From Bacteroidales bacterium (GTDB lineage: Bacteria > Bacteroidota > Bacteroidia > Bacteroidales > ML635J-15), in NCBI GenBank assembly GCA_003249955.1, contig QKHS01000042.1:7889-71888 (forward strand): a stretch of 64,000 nt of DNA, in the 5' to 3' direction. Shown in pieces: positions 39,074 to 48,842 of this stretch. The stretch's first letter is position 1; the number at the start of each line of letters is the position of its first letter. Under the pieces are notes generated by a model. It saw only the letters and a program-made list of their open reading frames with translations. It made no database searches and was not told the DNA's origin. The position numbers and the translations under genes were made by a program.

Positions 39074-40012
39074 ATGCATAAAGAGATTATTAAATTTATA
39101 AAATCGATTTTAATTTTTGCAGTAGCAGCATTTTTCTGTTATATAATCCTTATTTGCATATGGGGAGAGTTTATGCCGGAACAATTCAGAAAAAACCTGA
39201 ATTACAAAATCGGATCAGGCGGGAATACTTTTTCACGATTTCAGGAAGCAAAAACTTTTGGAAAAACGGATATTGTTTTTCTTGGCTCATCACACACTTA
39301 CCGGGGCTTCGATCCAAGGATTTTCAAAAAACACGGATATTCATCATTTAATCTGGGGTCAAGTTCCCAAACGCCGGTTCAGACTCTTGCCCTGGTAAGG
39401 AGGTATATAGATGTTCTTGATCCTGAAATGGTTATTTATGAAATATATCCCGGGTCTTTTACCGGTGACGGAGTAGAATCGGCTCTTGACATTATTGCAA
39501 ATGATAAAAATGACATAGAGTCAATAAAAATGGCTTTAAAAATAAATCATTTAAAAGTTTACAACACGCTAATATATGGTTTTTTCAGGGATATTACGGG
39601 ACTGAATGAAAACTTTCAGGACACAGCCACTGCAGGAACCAACAGATATGTATCCGGAGGATATGTAGAATGCAATGTTAAATTTTATAAGCATGAAAAA
39701 CAACCTGTGAAAAATCTTGAATATAAAGACTTACAGTTAAGGTCGTTTGACAAAATCTGTAAAGAACTGAAAGATCGCGGGATTCGTCTGATTTTAGTCG
39801 AAGCTCCGGTTGGCAAAGAATTTTACAAAGCATACCGCAACAAAGATGTTTTTGACAAAAAGATGATGTCTTCAGCAGAATATTACAACTTTAACAACAT
39901 AATGGAAGTTGACGATTCCCTTCATTTTTATGACGCGCATCATTTAAATCAGGACGGAGTCGAATTATTCAACGAAAAACTTATAGAACTTGTGCTGAAT
40001 AAACAACAATAA
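39074..40012 (+). CDS. SGNH-hydrolase-like acyltransferase partner (DltD/AlgJ-like)
   Basis: N-terminal TM anchor, block I FLGSSH, FNLG, block V FYDAHHLN; 3 bp after the MBOAT gene. Confidence 0.75.
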   Translation: MHKEIIKFIKSILIFAVAAFFCYIILICIWGEFMPEQFRKNLNYKIGSGGNTFSRFQEAKTFGKTDIVFLGSSHTYRGFDPRIFKKHGYSSFNLGSSSQTPVQTLALVRRYIDVLDPEMVIYEIYPGSFTGDGVESALDIIANDKNDIESIKMALKINHLKVYNTLIYGFFRDITGLNENFQDTATAGTNRYVSGGYVECNVKFYKHEKQPVKNLEYKDLQLRSFDKICKELKDRGIRLILVEAPVGKEFYKAYRNKDVFDKKMMSSAEYYNFNNIMEVDDSLHFYDAHHLNQDGVELFNEKLIELVLNKQQ

Positions 40013-40014
40013 TT

Positions 40015-40425
40015 CTAAAACTCCCTGCGTCTCTCTTTCTTTTCGGCATTCTCACGTTTTTGCTGTAATCTTTTTTCTTTTGAAGCCACTGTAGGTTTTG
40101 TTCCCGTTCTTATTTTTTTTGGTTTAAGAACCTTGTTAATCAAAGCATAGAACTTTTCGCGTACCAGCTCTTTGTTTTCAAGCTGGCTTCTTGATGTCTG
40201 ACAGGTCAGAATAAGAACAGAATCATCCGAAATTTTAGATTTCAGCTTTTCTGAAATTATTGATTTTTGTGATTCACTAAGAATTACTGAATTAATAATA
40301 CTGAACCTTAGTTCTGCTTTTGAATTAACTTTGTTTACATTTTGCCCTCCCGGGCCACTGCTACGTACAAAACTGAAATCAAGTTCCGCATCCAGCGTTC
40401 CGGTTTTAATTATTTCATCTTCCAT
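40015..40425 (-). CDS. arfB: alternative ribosome rescue peptidyl-tRNA hydrolase ArfB
   Basis: RSSGPGGQNVNKV, RSQLENK, basic C-terminal tail. Confidence 0.95.
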   Translation of the reverse strand: MEDEIIKTGTLDAELDFSFVRSSGPGGQNVNKVNSKAELRFSIINSVILSESQKSIISEKLKSKISDDSVLILTCQTSRSQLENKELVREKFYALINKVLKPKKIRTGTKPTVASKEKRLQQKRENAEKKERRREF

Positions 40426-40636
40426 TACTGTTTCTCAAAGGTTTTAACAAGTACTCCAATCCGTTTAACCTGATTTCGTACATCGTGTTCATCAGCATTC
40501 CCAGTTTACCGGCCGGAAAACCTTTGGAATGGTACCAAACCAGATAATGTTCAGGCAGGTCACAAATCAGCTTTCCGGCATACTTCCCGAAAGGCATTTT
40601 AACTTTGACCAAATCTAATAAAATACCACTATCCAT
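40415..40636 (-). CDS. DUF3820 family protein
   Basis: MPFGKYAGKLICDLPEHYLVWY...GFPAGKLG...NGLEYLL; ATG 40636 preferred. Confidence 0.85.
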   Translation of the reverse strand: MDSGILLDLVKVKMPFGKYAGKLICDLPEHYLVWYHSKGFPAGKLGMLMNTMYEIRLNGLEYLLKPLRNSNGR

Positions 40637-40727
40637 AATGCCTGCCAAGATAATAAAAAAAATTACACCACGATTTAACAACAGTTGTAAGAACCACATT
40701 TTTTATATCTTTGCAAAAAAATATTTT

Positions 40728-41099
40728 ATGGTCAAAAAGAAAATAACTTCAGAGGTAACAGATTTACTATTAGCTATAAACGAATCAATGCTTGAAAAAA
40801 AAGCAGAAGATATTTTAATTCTGGATCTCGGTAAAATTGAAAATGCGATAACACAATATTTTGTAATATGTACCGGGAATTCTCAAACACATGTAAATAC
40901 AATCGCACAATACATAGAGTACAACGTAAGAGCAAAGCTCAAAGACAGACCATGGAAGAAAGAAGGATTCGAAAATGCAGAGTGGGTCTTGCTTGATTAT
41001 GTAAATGTTGTTGTTCATGTTTTTCAACCTCAGGCACGCGAATTTTACAGGCTCGAACAATTATGGGCAGATGCAGAACCCTTTATAACAAAAATTTAA
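40728..41099 (+). CDS. rsfS: ribosome silencing factor
   Basis: EKKAEDI, YFVICTG, WVLLDYVNVVVHVF, REFYRLEQLWADA; TATCTTTG box 40706-40713 supports ATG 40728. Confidence 0.95.
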   Translation: MVKKKITSEVTDLLLAINESMLEKKAEDILILDLGKIENAITQYFVICTGNSQTHVNTIAQYIEYNVRAKLKDRPWKKEGFENAEWVLLDYVNVVVHVFQPQAREFYRLEQLWADAEPFITKI

Positions 41100-41160
41100 C
41101 AAGCCTTACAAAACAATTACAGATTATTTTAGTTTAAGTATTTGATTTATATAAAACGAA

Positions 41161-43164
41161 ATGGAAGAAAACAAAGGATTTGGAGACAATAGAAACCAGA
41201 AACCGAATCTCCCCGGTGGCACACCTCAGAACTCAAAAAACAGGATGTGGATATACATCATAATGTTTGCCGTTTTTTTGATTTTCTCTTTCATGGATTT
41301 TGGAGGTTCATCAAAAACGATAACCCGGAATCAGTTTGAAAAAGAAATTCTAAAGTCCGGTGATGTTGATAAGATTGTAATTGTCAACAAAGAAAGAGTT
41401 GACATCTATATCAAAGCAGACAAATTAAGCAAAGATAAATATAAAGATGTTGCCAAATCCGGACCTTTCGGGCTTGGCGGAAGCTCAGGACCTCATTATA
41501 CTTTTGAAATCGGAGACTCAAAAGCATTTGAAGATCAGCTTAAGGAAGCTCAGGCAGACGTTGATCCGTCAAAAAGACTAATAGCTGAATATGATACTCA
41601 GCACAATTATATGGGCGATATTCTGAGCTGGATTTTGCCTATAGCACTTCTTGTAGGATTATGGTTCCTTATTTTCCGTAAAATGAGTAGTGGCGGTGCA
41701 GGCGGGAACCAGATTTTCAATATCGGCAAATCGAAAGCACAGGTATTTGATAAAGAACGCAGAGTTCAGGTTAATTTTAACGATGTTGCCGGACTTGAAG
41801 AAGCAAAAGTTGAAATTATGGAAATTGTAGATTTCCTTAAAAATTCAGCGAAATACACAAAACTCGGTGGTAAAATACCTAAAGGAGCGTTACTGGTTGG
41901 CCCTCCCGGAACAGGAAAAACTTTACTGGCAAAAGCCGTTGCAGGAGAAGCAAATGTGCCGTTTTTCTCATTAAGCGGAAGCGACTTCGTTGAGATGTTC
42001 GTAGGTGTTGGTGCATCAAGAGTAAGAGATTTATTTAAACAGGCAAAGTCAAAAGCTCCTTGTATAATTTTTATTGATGAAATTGATGCAATTGGCCGTG
42101 CAAGAGGGAAAAATCCTAATTTCGGATCAAATGACGAAAGAGAAAACACTCTCAATCAGCTTTTAACCGAGATGGACGGATTCGACACCAACAGCGGGGT
42201 TATAATTTTAGCCGCAACAAACCGTGCCGACATACTTGATAAAGCATTAATGAGAGCAGGACGTTTTGACAGACAGATTCATCTGGAATTACCGGATATA
42301 GTTGAACGTGAAGCAATTTTTAAAGTTCATACCCGTACGCTTAAAATGTCTCCCGATGTTGAAGTTGAATTTATGGCAAAACAAACTCCGGGATTCAGCG
42401 GGGCAGACATTGCAAACGTTTGCAACGAAGCAGCTCTTATTGCAGCCAGAAGCGACAAAAAACATATCGAAAGACAAGATTTCCTTGATGCTGTTGACAG
42501 GATTATAGGCGGACTTGAACGCAAAAGTAAAATAATTTCTCAGTTGGAGAAGAAAACCATAGCATTCCACGAAGCAGGCCATGCAACTGTTAGCTGGCTT
42601 CTCGAACATGCCAATCCATTGCTTAAAGTTACTATTATTCCACGTGGCAGAGCTTTGGGTGCAGCGTGGTATCTTCCCGAAGAAAGATCAATTACAACAA
42701 AGGAACAACTGCTTGACGAAATGTGCTCTGCCCTTGGCGGACGCGCCAGTGAAGAGTTAAATTTCGGTAAAGTATCTACCGGAGCACTGAATGATCTGGA
42801 AAGAGTAACCAAACAGGCATTTGCTATGGTTGGATTTTTCGGAATGAGCGATAAAGTAGGAAATCTGTCTTACTACGATTCTTCAGGACAGAACGAATAT
42901 GGTTTTACCAAACCTTACAGCGAAAAAACGGCAGAATTGCTTGATAACGAGGTAAAAACAATGGTGGAAGAGCAATATCTTCGTGCATTGAAAGTTTTGA
43001 GAGACAACACTGCCGGCCTTACACAACTTGCAGAAACTCTTCTCGAAAAAGAAGTAATTTTCGGAGAAGATCTTGAAAAGATATTTGGAAAACGTTGCGG
43101 AGATAAATCTGTAGCAACGGATACTGAAATAATTGCTGACACTGATATTATAAAAGAGGATTAA
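41161..43164 (+). CDS. ftsH: ATP-dependent zinc metalloprotease FtsH
   Basis: Two TM segments, Walker [18 protein letters not shown], second-region-of-homology motif, HEAGH. Confidence 0.97.
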   Translation: MEENKGFGDNRNQKPNLPGGTPQNSKNRMWIYIIMFAVFLIFSFMDFGGSSKTITRNQFEKEILKSGDVDKIVIVNKERVDIYIKADKLSKDKYKDVAKSGPFGLGGSSGPHYTFEIGDSKAFEDQLKEAQADVDPSKRLIAEYDTQHNYMGDILSWILPIALLVGLWFLIFRKMSSGGAGGNQIFNIGKSKAQVFDKERRVQVNFNDVAGLEEAKVEIMEIVDFLKNSAKYTKLGGKIPKGALLVGPPGTGKTLLAKAVAGEANVPFFSLSGSDFVEMFVGVGASRVRDLFKQAKSKAPCIIFIDEIDAIGRARGKNPNFGSNDERENTLNQLLTEMDGFDTNSGVIILAATNRADILDKALMRAGRFDRQIHLELPDIVEREAIFKVHTRTLKMSPDVEVEFMAKQTPGFSGADIANVCNEAALIAARSDKKHIERQDFLDAVDRIIGGLERKSKIISQLEKKTIAFHEAGHATVSWLLEHANPLLKVTIIPRGRALGAAWYLPEERSITTKEQLLDEMCSALGGRASEELNFGKVSTGALNDLERVTKQAFAMVGFFGMSDKVGNLSYYDSSGQNEYGFTKPYSEKTAELLDNEVKTMVEEQYLRALKVLRDNTAGLTQLAETLLEKEVIFGEDLEKIFGKRCGDKSVATDTEIIADTDIIKED

Positions 43165-43193
43165 TCAAAAGAACTCTTAAACAAAATGAAATT

Positions 43194-44036
43194 TTGAATA
43201 ATTTATTTAAAAGAACGCTTACCGGTATCCTGTTTGTCTCTGCAACAACAGCATTGATTCTGATAAATCAGTGGACTTTTCTTGCATTTCTCTTAATATC
43301 AAACGTCTGGCTTAACATTGAGTTTTTACGCATTGTAAAATCCGACGACTCCAGCCCCTCATCATTTTCTACAATTATTACAGGATGTTTTGCCATAATT
43401 CTTGCATTTGCAGGATACTATTACAACCTTAATACAGCTTTGTACTGGCTGATACTTGTACCGGCACTATTCATTTTTATCGAAGAGCTTTTTCAGGACA
43501 AGAAAAATCCTATACGCAATATTTCATTTGCAATTATGTCTCTGTTCTACATTACACTTCCCCTTATATTGTCAATGCAGTTAGTTACCGGCAACTTATT
43601 TTATTTTCAGATTGCAGAAAAAAACTTTCAGCCGGAATTGCTTATAGGTGTTATGGTTCTTATCTGGATATTCGACAGTATGGCTTATCTCACCGGAGTA
43701 CCTCTGGGAAAACACAAAATGTTTGTAAGGGTGTCTCCTAAAAAATCGTGGGAAGGAACTATAGGTGGAGCTGTTTTTACTATTGCAGCAGGATTCTTTA
43801 TGCATCATTTTATCCCTGTAATAAACAATTATGATTGGGTTGCCATTGCTGTACTGGCGGTAGTCTTCGGGACTATAGGAGATCTTATAGAATCATTGTT
43901 CAAACGAAGTATAAACGTAAAGGATTCCGGCGAATTTTTACCAGGACACGGCGGACTTCTCGACAGACTGGACAGTTACATATTTACCATCCCATGGATT
44001 TTTATTTATTTTATTGTTAGGGATGTGTTGATTTAA
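43194..44036 (+). CDS. cdsA: phosphatidate cytidylyltransferase
   Basis: SPKKSWEG, GDLIESLFKR, KDSGEFLPGHGGLLDRLDS; TTG start. Confidence 0.95.
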   Translation: MNNLFKRTLTGILFVSATTALILINQWTFLAFLLISNVWLNIEFLRIVKSDDSSPSSFSTIITGCFAIILAFAGYYYNLNTALYWLILVPALFIFIEELFQDKKNPIRNISFAIMSLFYITLPLILSMQLVTGNLFYFQIAEKNFQPELLIGVMVLIWIFDSMAYLTGVPLGKHKMFVRVSPKKSWEGTIGGAVFTIAAGFFMHHFIPVINNYDWVAIAVLAVVFGTIGDLIESLFKRSINVKDSGEFLPGHGGLLDRLDSYIFTIPWIFIYFIVRDVLI

Positions 44037-44056
44037 GGCATACCAACAACAATATT

Positions 44057-44112
44057 TGTTACAAACTGACGGTATATTTTCCACTTTTCTGTCACAAACT
44101 GACGGTACATTT
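44057..44112. repeat. 23-bp direct repeat pair, 33-bp period
   Basis: TGTTACAAACTGACGGTATATTT (44057-44079) and TGTCACAAACTGACGGTACATTT (44090-44112), 21/23 identical. Confidence 0.85.
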
Positions 44113-44260
44113 ATTTCCCTTTCCCAGGCTAATGTCACGATAGTATTTAACACCAATTCTATCATGGATTTCAATAGCATAACAACCTGTGATGATTTTA
44201 CGGATTCCCTTTTTAAAATTATCAGAAATTTCTTATTTTTGCTGCCTAAATTAATTAAAA

Positions 44261-45703
44261 ATGAAAAGGATAAAGATTGCAGATGTTCTTAAATCAGAAA
44301 GTTTTGGAAATGAAATTCTGGTTAAAGGCTGGGTTAGAACCAAAAGAGTAAGTAAAAACGTATGTTTTATTGCATTAAACGACGGTTCCACAATCAATAA
44401 TCTGCAGATAGTAATTGACGTAACACCAGAGATGGAAGAGTTACTTGCAAAAATCCATACAGGAGCATCGCTTTCCGTTTTGGGAAAAACAGTTGAATCG
44501 GCCGGCAGTGGACAAAAAGTCGAATTACAATGCATAAATCCTGAAATTCTCGGACAGGCAAATCCTGATGAATATCCTTTACAGCCAAAACGTCACAGTC
44601 TTGAGTTTTTACGCGAAATAGCACATTTGCGCTTCAGGACAAATACATTTTCTGCTGTTTTCAGAATAAGACATGCAATGACATTTGCTATCCATAAATT
44701 CTTTAACGACAAAGGATTCAGCAATATACATACGCCGATTATTACAGGGTCGGATGCAGAAGGTGCCGGTGAAATGTTTCAGGTTACAACCCTGGACATT
44801 GAAAAAATGCCGAGAACCGAAGATGGCAAAATTGATTACACTCAGGATTTCTTTGGCAAAATGACAAACCTCACAGTGTCGGGTCAGCTCGAAGCAGAAC
44901 TTGCAGCTATGGGGCTATCAGAGGTTTACACTTTCGGCCCTACTTTCCGTGCCGAGAACTCAAACACTGCACGCCATCTTGCTGAATTCTGGATGATTGA
45001 ACCTGAAATGGCTTTCTACGATATTAACGACGACATGGATCTTGCCGAGGAAATGTTGCAGTATCTTGTAAAATATGCTCTCGAAAACTGTCGCGAAGAT
45101 CTGGAATTCCTTCACAAACGTCGTGAAGAAGAGCAAAAACAAAAACCTCAGAACGAAAGAGACAGCATGGGACTTATTGACAGGCTCGAATTTGTTGTGG
45201 CAAACGAGTTTGCAAGAGTAACTTATACCGAAGCTATTGACATTCTGAAAAATTCCAATGCCAATAAAAAAGGCCAGTTTGCATATCCTGTTGAATCGTG
45301 GGGAACAGATTTACAAAGCGAACACGAAAGATATCTTGTGGAAAAACATTACAAAAAACCAGTTATTCTCATTGACTATCCAAAAGAAATTAAGGCCTTC
45401 TATATGAAGCAAAATGAAGATGGAAAGACTGTAAGAGCAATGGATGTCCTTTTCCCGCAGATTGGCGAAATTATCGGAGGCTCTCAGCGTGAAGAAGATT
45501 ATGAAAAGCTTTTGAACAGGATAAACGAAATGCACATTCCAGAAAAAGATATGTGGTGGTATCTCGAAACCCGTAAATTCGGAACTGTACCTCACAGCGG
45601 TTTTGGGTTAGGCTTCGAAAGACTTATGCTTTTTGTTACAGGAATGGGTAATATCAGAGACGTTATTCCATTCCCGAGAACTCCTAAAAATGCAGAATTT
45701 TAA
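44261..45703 (+). CDS. asnS: asparagine--tRNA ligase
   Basis: [55 protein letters not shown]; TATTTTTG box at 44234-44241. Confidence 0.97.
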   Translation: MKRIKIADVLKSESFGNEILVKGWVRTKRVSKNVCFIALNDGSTINNLQIVIDVTPEMEELLAKIHTGASLSVLGKTVESAGSGQKVELQCINPEILGQANPDEYPLQPKRHSLEFLREIAHLRFRTNTFSAVFRIRHAMTFAIHKFFNDKGFSNIHTPIITGSDAEGAGEMFQVTTLDIEKMPRTEDGKIDYTQDFFGKMTNLTVSGQLEAELAAMGLSEVYTFGPTFRAENSNTARHLAEFWMIEPEMAFYDINDDMDLAEEMLQYLVKYALENCREDLEFLHKRREEEQKQKPQNERDSMGLIDRLEFVVANEFARVTYTEAIDILKNSNANKKGQFAYPVESWGTDLQSEHERYLVEKHYKKPVILIDYPKEIKAFYMKQNEDGKTVRAMDVLFPQIGEIIGGSQREEDYEKLLNRINEMHIPEKDMWWYLETRKFGTVPHSGFGLGFERLMLFVTGMGNIRDVIPFPRTPKNAEF

Positions 45704-45757
45704 TTAATGCTTTTGAATTAAAATTTTTTGTATTTTTGAGAATCAGCTAATTAGACT

Positions 45758-47215
45758 ATGTTAAAACAGAATTTACAGCAAAAACTGTTACAGAAACTTT
45801 CACCGCAGCAAATACAGATGATTAAGCTGCTGGAGTTGCCTACTCTCCAACTGGAGCAAAGGATAAAAAAAGAACTTGAAGAAAATCCTGCTCTGGACGA
45901 ATGTCAGGATGATGAAGATGATGTATATTCTGAGGACAACAATGACAATGACGACGATAATAACAACGATGACGATGAGTTTTCATTCGAAGATTATATC
46001 GGCGACGATGACGAAATCCCTTCTTATAAGCTGAACACCAACAACACATCTAAAGACGACGAACATAAAGAAATTCCGTATTCTGCTTCAAAATCTTTTC
46101 ATGAACATCTGTCAGAGCAGCTTGTGATGAAAGAAGTAACAGAACGTGAAAAGCTTCTGGCAGTTTTCCTTATCGGAAATATTGATGACGACGGTTACCT
46201 CAGACGTGAACTTGAAGCTATTGTTGACGATATTGCTTTTTCTCAAAACATTACTGTAACCGAAGAAGAACTTCAAACCACGCTGGAAATTATTCAGGAA
46301 CTGGACCCTGCAGGAGTCGGAGCACAAAACCTTCAGGAATGCCTTGTATTGCAGCTTGAAAGAAAAGAAAACCAGACAGATACGGTAAGACTGGCAAAAA
46401 AAATACTTCTTGAGTGTTTTGATGAGTTTACAAAAAAACACTACCCTAAAATTATGTCTAAATGCAGCATTGACGAAGGCACTTTAAAGTCTGCTGTAGA
46501 TGTTATCTTAAAGCTAAATCCGAAACCAGGCAGTTCTTTCGGAGAACCTCAGACCAGATCTATACACGCCATAATACCTGATTTCATTCTTGATACCCAG
46601 GACGGGAAAATTGAAATTTCCTTAAATTCCAGAAATGCACCGGATCTTAGAATAAGCAAAAGCTTTTCGCAGATGATGGAAGAATATGCGGCAAATAAAA
46701 ACAGCGGACGCGGAGATAAAGAAGCTTTGGTATTTATCAAGCAAAAACTGGACTCTGCAAAATGGTTTATTGATGCAATTGTTCAAAGACAAAACACATT
46801 ACTTTTTACAATGAATGCAATTGCCGAATTTCAAAAAGCATTCTTCCTGAGCGGAGACGAAACAGATCTTAAACCTATGATTCTGAAGGATATTGCAGAA
46901 GTTACGGGTCTTGATATATCAACGGTATCGAGAGTTGCTAATTCCAAATATGTTGCAACCCCATATGGTAATTATTCCCTTAAATACTTTTTCAGCGAAG
47001 GTATGCAAACAGAATCGGGAGAAGAAGTCTCGACAAGGGAAATAAAACAAATTCTAAAAGATTGTATCGAAGCTGAGAACAAAACAAAGCCCCTTACAGA
47101 TGATAAGCTTGCAGAAATACTTAAGTCAAAAGGTTATCACATAGCAAGGCGCACAGTAGCAAAATATCGCGAACAACTGGAAATCCCGGTTGCCAGACTA
47201 AGAAAGGAATTATAA
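45758..47215 (+). CDS. rpoN: RNA polymerase sigma-54 factor
   Basis: Gln/Leu-rich region I, acidic region II, ELEENPAL, STVSRV, RpoN box ARRTVAKYRE. Confidence 0.97.
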   Translation: MLKQNLQQKLLQKLSPQQIQMIKLLELPTLQLEQRIKKELEENPALDECQDDEDDVYSEDNNDNDDDNNNDDDEFSFEDYIGDDDEIPSYKLNTNNTSKDDEHKEIPYSASKSFHEHLSEQLVMKEVTEREKLLAVFLIGNIDDDGYLRRELEAIVDDIAFSQNITVTEEELQTTLEIIQELDPAGVGAQNLQECLVLQLERKENQTDTVRLAKKILLECFDEFTKKHYPKIMSKCSIDEGTLKSAVDVILKLNPKPGSSFGEPQTRSIHAIIPDFILDTQDGKIEISLNSRNAPDLRISKSFSQMMEEYAANKNSGRGDKEALVFIKQKLDSAKWFIDAIVQRQNTLLFTMNAIAEFQKAFFLSGDETDLKPMILKDIAEVTGLDISTVSRVANSKYVATPYGNYSLKYFFSEGMQTESGEEVSTREIKQILKDCIEAENKTKPLTDDKLAEILKSKGYHIARRTVAKYREQLEIPVARLRKEL

Positions 47216-47838
47216 TGCAAAAAGAGCGCATTTACACTTATCTGGCAAAAGGCATCAGCTACATATTCCACCCGCTGTTAATGTCTGTTTATGCTGTTAT
47301 CGCCGTTTTCAATTCAGGACACTATCTGAGTGTTGTAAATCATGGCGTAAGAAATACCATATACTCAATTTATTTTATTCTTACTTTTATTATCCCGGCA
47401 CTGTTTGTTCCCGTTTTATACTTTTTCGGAATGATTTCGAAACTTGAAATAGATATTCGCAAAGAAAGACTACTGCCACTTTTAACAGTTTCAATAATGT
47501 ATGCGCTGGGATGGTATTTTATGAGCCGGATTTCAATGCCTCCTATTCTGCTTAATATAATTCTGGCTTCTCTGGTAACTGTAATTCTGGCTTTCTTCAT
47601 AACAATTTTCTGGAAAATAAGCCTCCATAGTATGGGCATAGGCGGATTACTGGGATTTGTTGTTTATTTAGCCAATATTAAAGATTTATCTGTATTATTC
47701 ATCGGGTTTATAATAATTCTGGCCGCCGGATTAGTAGGCACTGCACGTTTATATCTTAAGAGACATAGTCCGGCACAGGTATATACAGGATACTTTTCAG
47801 GATTTATTGCCGTTTATATTTCAATGCTTATTTTTTAA
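47215..47838 (+). CDS. PAP2-like membrane protein
   Basis: SYIFHPL, WKISLHSMG, ARLYLKRHSPAQVYTG; multi-TM, coupled to rpoN. Confidence 0.7.
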   Translation: MQKERIYTYLAKGISYIFHPLLMSVYAVIAVFNSGHYLSVVNHGVRNTIYSIYFILTFIIPALFVPVLYFFGMISKLEIDIRKERLLPLLTVSIMYALGWYFMSRISMPPILLNIILASLVTVILAFFITIFWKISLHSMGIGGLLGFVVYLANIKDLSVLFIGFIIILAAGLVGTARLYLKRHSPAQVYTGYFSGFIAVYISMLIF

Positions 47839-47840
47839 TT

Positions 47841-48095
47841 ATGTGGTTTCTTAAATTTCTGCTGTTTATTGTAATTATTTATGTCGTTGGTTACCTTTTC
47901 TTCAGGTTTGCCCTGCCATGGATATTAAAAAGATTTGTAAGAAAAATTGCAAAAAAAATGAATGTCCCATTCGAAGAACCGCCAAAAAAGAAAAAAACGG
48001 GAGAAATCAACATTGATTATGTACCCGAAAATAACACCAATGAAAACCAAAAGAATGTTGACGGAGAATATGTCGATTTTGAAGAAATAAAATAA
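47841..48095 (+). CDS. small membrane protein (DUF4834-like)
   Basis: N-terminal TM segment and C-terminal GEYVDFEEIK typical of this Bacteroidota family. Confidence 0.7.
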   Translation: MWFLKFLLFIVIIYVVGYLFFRFALPWILKRFVRKIAKKMNVPFEEPPKKKKTGEINIDYVPENNTNENQKNVDGEYVDFEEIK

Positions 48096-48833
48096 ATGAA
48101 AACAATAAGACTCATAATTTATAAAATATTCGGGCTTAAAGCCTATCTCAGAATTGTCTCACGGGTTTATATTATGTCGGTAAAAGCTGGATTTGGCAAA
48201 AAAAAATATCCTGAACTATACTATCTTAAATCAATTATAAAACCTGGTTACAACTGCATTGATATAGGTGCAAACATGGGATATTATTCTGTATTTATGT
48301 CAAAATACGCAGGCGCCGCGGGAAAAGTTTATGCTGTTGAACCGGTTCCGCTCTTTGCCGGGATATGGAAAAAAAATGTCCGCAGATGTAAAAATAAAAA
48401 TCTTATTCTTTTCAATTACGCTCTCGGAGCACAGGAAACTACCGTAGAAATGGGTATGCCTTTTATAAACGGGGTGGTACACCATGGGATGACAAAAGTA
48501 GTTACAGAAGAATCTGCCGGATATGAAAAAAAGTTCAGGGTTGAAATGAAAAATCCCGACATCCTTTTCTCTGGAATTGAAAAAATTGATTTTATAAAAG
48601 TTGACGTAGAAGGCTACGAAAGTATTGTTTTTGAAAATATGACAGAGCTGTTAAAAAAGCACAAGCCATTTATTCAAAGCGAACTTAGCGGATCAGAAAA
48701 CAGAAATGCAGTAATTAACCTGTTAAAATCAATTGACTACAAAGTGTATATCTTAAAAAACAATGAAATAACCGAAGCTGATCAGGACACAATAAATTCC
48801 TATGCCGGCGATTTCTATTTTAAAATAAAGTAA
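48096..48833 (+). CDS. FkbM family methyltransferase
   Basis: CIDIGANMGYYS, VYAVEP, IDFIKVDVEGYE. Confidence 0.92.
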   Translation: MKTIRLIIYKIFGLKAYLRIVSRVYIMSVKAGFGKKKYPELYYLKSIIKPGYNCIDIGANMGYYSVFMSKYAGAAGKVYAVEPVPLFAGIWKKNVRRCKNKNLILFNYALGAQETTVEMGMPFINGVVHHGMTKVVTEESAGYEKKFRVEMKNPDILFSGIEKIDFIKVDVEGYESIVFENMTELLKKHKPFIQSELSGSENRNAVINLLKSIDYKVYILKNNEITEADQDTINSYAGDFYFKIK

Positions 48834-48842
48834 GTTGTCAAA

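Noticed and set aside
40605-40727. N-terminal extensions of rsfS and DUF3820 (similarly tolC, era, der, MBOAT, PNP) in the ORF track
   Set aside because: Internal ATGs fit family N-termini and promoter box positions better; the extensions overlap promoters or neighbouring genes.
44057-44112. Direct repeats as a CRISPR mini-array
   Set aside because: Only two copies, a 10-bp spacer, and no cas genes in the window.
44056-44292. 78-aa ORF spanning the direct repeats
   Set aside because: TTG start, runs over the asnS promoter and start, and its repeated peptide merely mirrors the DNA repeat.
45905-46015. GAT/GAC/AAC-rich low-complexity tract in rpoN as a contingency repeat
   Set aside because: It is an imperfect in-frame run encoding the normal acidic region II of sigma-54.
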